From UHGV virus genome UHGV-0071665: DNA of 10,901 bases, one strand, 5' to 3'. This document shows positions 6,394-10,901 of the stretch, in pieces (positions within the stretch are counted from its first letter, which is position 1; every line of letters begins with the position of its first letter). This DNA is from a virus. The notes beneath the pieces were generated by a model. It saw only the letters and a list, made by a program, of their open reading frames with translations. It was not told the DNA's origin and ran no database searches. Position numbers and translations under genes: made by a program.

Positions 6394-7981
6394 AAACACG
6401 CTGATGGCGATGCGGCGCGGCATGAATGGCTTTACCGCCGATTACCAGTCGATGCTGCAAAAGACAGGGTTCAACGCTGATAAAGCGGCTGTTCAGTCCA
6501 ACAAATTCATGACGTCCATGCGCGGGCTTACGTCGCTGTTCGGCATCATGCGGGACAAGATCGGCTCAAACCTCGCTGGTGGCCTGGCTGGTTCGCTGGA
6601 CAGCCTGCGGCGGCGCATCCTCGACAATTTCCCGAAGATTGAAGAGACGCTGACCAGAGTTATTAAAGGCGTGATCTGGCTTGCGAACGCATTCACGAGA
6701 ATGGCGTGGCGGCTGATACAGGGCGCTGGCTCTGTCATCGACTGGTGGAAGCGTCTTGACGATGGCAGTAAAAATCTGCTGAAAATATTCGGTGCTCTAC
6801 TGGTCGCATGGCGTCTGCTTAATTCTGCGTTCCTGAAATCCCCGATTGGAATTATCACCACACTGATTCTGGCGATCGGATTGCTGTACGACGATTACCA
6901 GACGTGGAAAGAGGGCGGTAAAAGCCTGATTGACTGGTCCAAATGGCAGCCAGAAATTGAGCAGGCAAAGAAGGTGTTCAAGTGGCTGCGCGATAAGTTT
7001 CTGGAGCTCAAGGACAACCTCGGCGGCTGGAAAAATACGCTCACCATCCTGTTTGGCTTTCTGGCTGGTGCGAAGCTGGTCTCCATGCTCACTGGCATCG
7101 GGCGACTTGTCGCCGGATTTATGGGGCTTGGTAAGGCAATTGGCGGCTCTATTGGTGGGCTGGGTAAGCTGGCGCAGGGGATCGCACAGCTGGCAATCAA
7201 GAATCCATGGTTGCTTATGTTCATTCCTGCCAACAATACGCCGACCACCAGTGAAGAAATGGCGTCGATTGGCGGTATAGGCAGCAATATCGTACCTGAA
7301 AGGCAGCAGGCATATGAGGCGCTGAGAAAGGAAAATCCCGGCAAAGACTTTTTCACTGATGAGCAAATCCAGCGAAAAATTCAGGAGATGGGACTGGAGC
7401 CGGAGCAGCGAGCGCAGTCGGTTAAGCGACCTCAGGCGACGGCCCAGGGCAAGGTATTGCTCGACTGGATGGGGCCAATGTTCAATAAACTGGAGTCGCT
7501 TTATCAGCTGCCAGCTGGCCTGTTGAAAAGCGTGGCGATCACCGAGTCGGGTGGTAACCAGTTCGCCATATCCGGCGCAGGCGCGAAAGGACTGTTTCAG
7601 TTTATGGATGGCACGGCGCGCGACATGGGCCTGCGTGGGAATGATGTATTCGACCCGGAAAAGTCAGCTCAGGCAGCCGCTAAGTACCTCAGCCAGCTGT
7701 TGCGGCAGAACGGCGGAGACCTTAGCAAAGCACTGGCATCATATAACTGGGGGATCGGGAATGTTAAGCGTTATGGAATGGGGCTAATGCCGCAGGAAAC
7801 GCGCAACTACATTCCGAAAGTGATGAGCAATATGCCCACCAGCGCCCCGGTGATTCAGCAGGAAACGAACATTAACATCCACGGCGTTTCCGATCCGCGC
7901 GAGGCTGCCCGTTTGACTGTTGACCGTCAAAAGGGCGTGAATTCACAGTTAACCCAGCAACTCCCCGCAGGACCGAGATAA
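6344..7981 (+). CDS. Tape-measure protein, C-terminal portion, with lytic transglycosylase (SLT) domain; probably 5'-truncated
   Basis: 545 aa with Gly-rich hydrophobic stretches (GIGRLVAGFMGLGKAIGGSIGGLGKLAQGIA) and an SLT-type motif (ITESGGNQFAISGAGAKGLFQFM...AAKYL...ASYNWGIG). First in-frame ATG has no convincing RBS, and the frame is open upstream only to 6296. Confidence 0.7.
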   Translation: MPYYRAKQYAQMLGIDENTLMAMRRGMNGFTADYQSMLQKTGFNADKAAVQSNKFMTSMRGLTSLFGIMRDKIGSNLAGGLAGSLDSLRRRILDNFPKIEETLTRVIKGVIWLANAFTRMAWRLIQGAGSVIDWWKRLDDGSKNLLKIFGALLVAWRLLNSAFLKSPIGIITTLILAIGLLYDDYQTWKEGGKSLIDWSKWQPEIEQAKKVFKWLRDKFLELKDNLGGWKNTLTILFGFLAGAKLVSMLTGIGRLVAGFMGLGKAIGGSIGGLGKLAQGIAQLAIKNPWLLMFIPANNTPTTSEEMASIGGIGSNIVPERQQAYEALRKENPGKDFFTDEQIQRKIQEMGLEPEQRAQSVKRPQATAQGKVLLDWMGPMFNKLESLYQLPAGLLKSVAITESGGNQFAISGAGAKGLFQFMDGTARDMGLRGNDVFDPEKSAQAAAKYLSQLLRQNGGDLSKALASYNWGIGNVKRYGMGLMPQETRNYIPKVMSNMPTSAPVIQQETNINIHGVSDPREAARLTVDRQKGVNSQLTQQLPAGPR

Positions 7982-8583
7982 TGGATATTTTATCAGCGAT
8001 TTTTCGCCAGCAATCCCGGCGAATTGGCCTGCTGATCCCCAGCGTGGTCGTTTCCGAAAAGCATTCTGATGCGCTCGAAATTACTGAGCACCCGGTGGAG
8101 AAGCCAACAACGAATAGCGCGTCGGGTTTCATCGCCGATCATGCGTATAAGCGCCCCAGCGAAGTCACGATGGAATGCGGCTTCGCAGGTGGCGGTTCGT
8201 TGCTGGACTTCATTGATACATCGTCAATCGGCCTCAGCGCCGGACTTAGCCCGAAAGAGACCTATCAGCAACTACTGGATCTCCAGTCCTCTCGGGTGCC
8301 GTTCGATGTAGTGACCGGAAAGCGGGTTTACAGCAATATGCTGGTGCGAGCCATCGAGGTGACAACGGATAAAACCAGCGAGAACGTGCTGAACTGCACG
8401 CTTACCCTGCGTGAAGTGATCATGTCGCAGACGCAGAGCGTTAGCGTTGCAGATAAATCAGATATGCAGGATGGCGTCAGCACATCGGCGGTGCAGAATT
8501 CCGGGATGAAATCCACTACACCGCCAAACGAATCCTTGCTGAGCCAGCTGGGCGGAAGCGTTACATCAGCATTCGGGGGATGA
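7981..8583 (+). CDS. Putative tail-tip or baseplate protein (family not recognised)
   Basis: 200 aa ORF; start overlaps the tape-measure stop (ATAATG). Assigned by position only. Confidence 0.45.
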   Translation: MDILSAIFRQQSRRIGLLIPSVVVSEKHSDALEITEHPVEKPTTNSASGFIADHAYKRPSEVTMECGFAGGGSLLDFIDTSSIGLSAGLSPKETYQQLLDLQSSRVPFDVVTGKRVYSNMLVRAIEVTTDKTSENVLNCTLTLREVIMSQTQSVSVADKSDMQDGVSTSAVQNSGMKSTTPPNESLLSQLGGSVTSAFGG

Positions 8584-8584
8584 T

Positions 8585-8890
8585 ATGCAGTTTAACGAAA
8601 TACCGCTTTCTCCTGACAATCAGCAGTTCCGCGTTTTGCTGGGCAATACCACGTATACACTCAGGATCATCTGACGTGATGCGGCTGGCTGGATTATGGA
8701 CGTGATGGATAGCGGCGGTGCCGCGCTTCTCTCTGGCGTACCTCTACTGACCGGCGTAAACCTTTTACGACAATATCCACAGCTTGGCATTGATGGCGCG
8801 CTGGTGGTGGCGACCGATAAGGGCGCACCAGACGAGCCCACCAAAACCAACCTCGGCACATACAGCCACCTCATTTTCGTACAGGAGTAG
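8585..8890 (+). pseudogene. Small tail-associated ORF with an in-frame TGA (8672-8674)
   Basis: ATG 8585 is 2 nt after the upstream stop with a GGGGGA SD. The frame reads MQFNEIPLSPDNQQFRVLLGNTTYTLRII, then TGA, then continues in the same frame (RDAAGWIMDV...) to TAG 8890, 3 nt before the next gene. The track shows only the distal part (8696..8890). Confidence 0.45.
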
Positions 8891-8892
8891 AA

Positions 8893-9960
8893 ATGTCTCT
8901 TAACTGGATGCGCCATTTTGAGCTGCAACTGTTGGACCAGAACGGGCAGGGCGTTTCCCTGTCTGACTTTAAGGTCACGTTCCAGATCGAGTGGGCAGAC
9001 ACACGCTGGCCACGCGTGGCGAACGTGAAAATTTACAACCTTTCGACCGATACCACGAACAAGATACTGGGGCAGGAGTTTGCAAAAATTCGCATCATTG
9101 CCGGGTATGACGGTATTGCGCCGGATGTTGATGCGAGCCAGGTTGGTGTCGCCCGGGAGATTTCACCAGACCAGGTAGGGCAGGTGAACGGTCAGAACTA
9201 CGGCCTGATATTTGACGGTGATATTCGCTTCACCGTCACCGGGAAGGACAACATCACCGATTCCTGGGTGCTGATTCAGGCCATCAGTAACCACGAAGCG
9301 TTCCTCTACGCGACTACCATCACCACGCTTGCCGCTGGTTATACCGTTGCGGACCTGCACCGGGCGACTATGCAGGATTTCAACGCGTTCGGCGTGACGC
9401 AGGGCATTACCGGTGACTTTCCTGATACCGTGTTTCCTCGTGGCCGTGCGATTTATTCATCCACCCGTAACGTGATGGATAATATTGCTGCGCAGTGCAA
9501 AGCGACATGGCAGCTGGTGGATGGTCAGGTCCAGATGGTGCCGGAGGATAAATATATTCACGAAGCCATTGTGTTGAATGCCGATACTGGCCTGATCGGT
9601 ATGCCGCAACAAACGATGGGCGGCGGAGTAAACGTGCGGTGCCTGATAAACCCAAACATCCGTATTAATGGTCTTATCCAGCTCGATCAGGCTTCGGTGT
9701 ACCGCGCCGCGCTCGGTAATAGCGAAATAGCACAGTCGCCCGGTCGCATCACCGAAACAGAAGAGAACGGCAACCGCGTACTGACCGGCACAACGTCACA
9801 GGCTGCCAGCATTGCGACAGATGGCGTTTATATCGTCAAAGCTATCGATTATACTGGTGACACCAGAGGTCAGGCGTGGTACATGGATTTGATGTGTTTT
9901 GCGCGTGGGGCTCGTGACCTGATTAGCCAGTCGACTATAGCTCGCTCAGGAGGAAATTAA
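8893..9960 (+). CDS. Putative tail-tip or baseplate hub protein (family not recognised)
   Basis: 355 aa ORF with a CAGGAG SD upstream, tightly packed after the small ORF. Assigned by position in the post-tape-measure block. Confidence 0.45.
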   Translation: MSLNWMRHFELQLLDQNGQGVSLSDFKVTFQIEWADTRWPRVANVKIYNLSTDTTNKILGQEFAKIRIIAGYDGIAPDVDASQVGVAREISPDQVGQVNGQNYGLIFDGDIRFTVTGKDNITDSWVLIQAISNHEAFLYATTITTLAAGYTVADLHRATMQDFNAFGVTQGITGDFPDTVFPRGRAIYSSTRNVMDNIAAQCKATWQLVDGQVQMVPEDKYIHEAIVLNADTGLIGMPQQTMGGGVNVRCLINPNIRINGLIQLDQASVYRAALGNSEIAQSPGRITETEENGNRVLTGTTSQAASIATDGVYIVKAIDYTGDTRGQAWYMDLMCFARGARDLISQSTIARSGGN

Positions 9961-10851
9961 GTGGGTACAAATAAGAACGGAATTCGATATAGCGCACTTT
10001 TTCTTTCCGGGTTGCTCTTATCCGGGGGCGCGAGTGCAGGCTTTAATTCCGCGCAGAACGCTGAGTACAAAAGACGTCCAGGATGGCAGCCGATAGTAAT
10101 TTTATCGACAGATGATTGTCAGACATGGAAATCTAAAGGGAAGTCACTAATTGACTGGAGTGGCGAGATCTGTGGTCCTGACGGGTTGATTAAGGCAATC
10201 AATAAAAAGCCGGAGAATATACCAGCTTTTTATGCTGCATATCATGAGTACGGCACAGGTGGAGTTAGGGCTATCGATGTAAGAGATAATTCTCAGCTAA
10301 ATTATCTCAATTTTGTAAATGATTTAGCTAAGAAACTTTCTTCTTCGGCTGTTGTATTAAAGATTTATGATGATTATATCATTGATAGAAAACCCATGGG
10401 GCTTGCAGAGGTTTCACGAGAAAATTTTGTAAAACAGCTAAATGAGTTATCGCTGAAGCAACCTGCCATCTATCAAAAAATGAACGACGTAGCCAAGGCT
10501 GATTACGAGAAAAGTAGTAATGTTCACAGTAACGAAAAGCTTGGCGTGAATTACAAAACAGTCTGTGGTCCTTATACGATTGATCTGTCTTCTGCTGATG
10601 GTTGGGCCAGAATTAATGGCGCAAAACCAGAGACGCAAAAAATTAGCCCAATCGGCTCTGGTGGTAGCACCAAAGGGGAACCGGATAACATCAAGATGGA
10701 GTGGATGGCTGCCACTAATCAACCCGGCCGCTGGGTTGGGCTTGAGTACATCAAGCGCAACGGAAAAGCTATTCTCAACGCACAGTGGTTGCAGGCCAGC
10801 ATAGACGCGCCGCGCCAGTATGCAACATACGACTGCCGAAAAGTAAAATAG
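9961..10851 (+). CDS. Secreted/periplasmic protein with Sec signal peptide; moron-like accessory gene
   Basis: GTG start with a strong AGGAGG SD 7 nt upstream. N-terminus MGTNKNGIRYSALFLSGLLLSGGASA|GF is a classic signal peptide with an AXA site and no lipobox Cys. Four Cys in the mature part. Central part about 33% GC (10261-10460) against about 51-57% at the ends. Followed by a hairpin. Confidence 0.6.
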   Translation: MGTNKNGIRYSALFLSGLLLSGGASAGFNSAQNAEYKRRPGWQPIVILSTDDCQTWKSKGKSLIDWSGEICGPDGLIKAINKKPENIPAFYAAYHEYGTGGVRAIDVRDNSQLNYLNFVNDLAKKLSSSAVVLKIYDDYIIDRKPMGLAEVSRENFVKQLNELSLKQPAIYQKMNDVAKADYEKSSNVHSNEKLGVNYKTVCGPYTIDLSSADGWARINGAKPETQKISPIGSGGSTKGEPDNIKMEWMAATNQPGRWVGLEYIKRNGKAILNAQWLQASIDAPRQYATYDCRKVK

Positions 10852-10868
10852 CCCGCCAGATAGGCGGG
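10850..10868. terminator. GC-rich hairpin after the last gene, possibly bidirectional
   Basis: gcccgcc / ggcgggc 7-bp stem with a 5-nt loop. No T tract on the + strand; on the - strand the hairpin is followed by a T-rich run (ctattttactttt). Confidence 0.4.
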
Positions 10869-10901
10869 CATGCGTCAAAAATATTGAGCTTTAATTATAA
10901 T

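Noticed and set aside
6493-7366. Antisense track ORFs inside the tape-measure gene (6493..6861, 6797..7366, 6895..7356) and the nested + ORF 6930..7280
   Set aside because: Long open frames are expected by chance in this GC-rich, repeat-containing gene. There are no start signals or domain features.
10447-10878. 143-aa antisense ORF overlapping the secreted-protein gene
   Set aside because: It is antisense to a gene with a strong SD and signal peptide and runs through the terminator hairpin. Treated as spurious.
1-10901. CRISPR arrays, IS elements or transposases, integrase or att sites
   Set aside because: No spaced direct-repeat array, no terminal inverted repeats with a transposase ORF and no integrase-like ORF were found in any frame.

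Overview
All credible genes lie on the + strand. The window reads as the late arm of a lambdoid prophage from an enterobacterium, and it looks defective. In order: nin-region genes (NinF-like, Rha/KilA-C antirepressor, YbcO-like, RusA, NinH); a Q-family antiterminator; a late promoter/terminator region carrying a tRNA-Asn(GUU)-like gene; an HNH endonuclease ORF interrupted by an in-frame TAG; about 840 bp of hairpin-rich noncoding DNA; a lambda-type lysis cassette (dual-start holin, GH24 endolysin, Rz with embedded Rz1); a KilA-N two-gene module; a 51-codon terminase small-subunit stub running into the C-terminal part of a tape-measure protein with a lytic transglycosylase domain (no head genes); three tightly packed tail genes, one with an in-frame TGA; and a signal-peptide protein with a low-GC core that shares a peptide motif with the tape measure. 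No CRISPR array, IS element or integrase was seen. I did not find a clearly novel system; the most unusual items are the in-frame stops, the terminase/tape-measure junction and the shared motif. All protein family calls are from memory of family signatures, not from searches.
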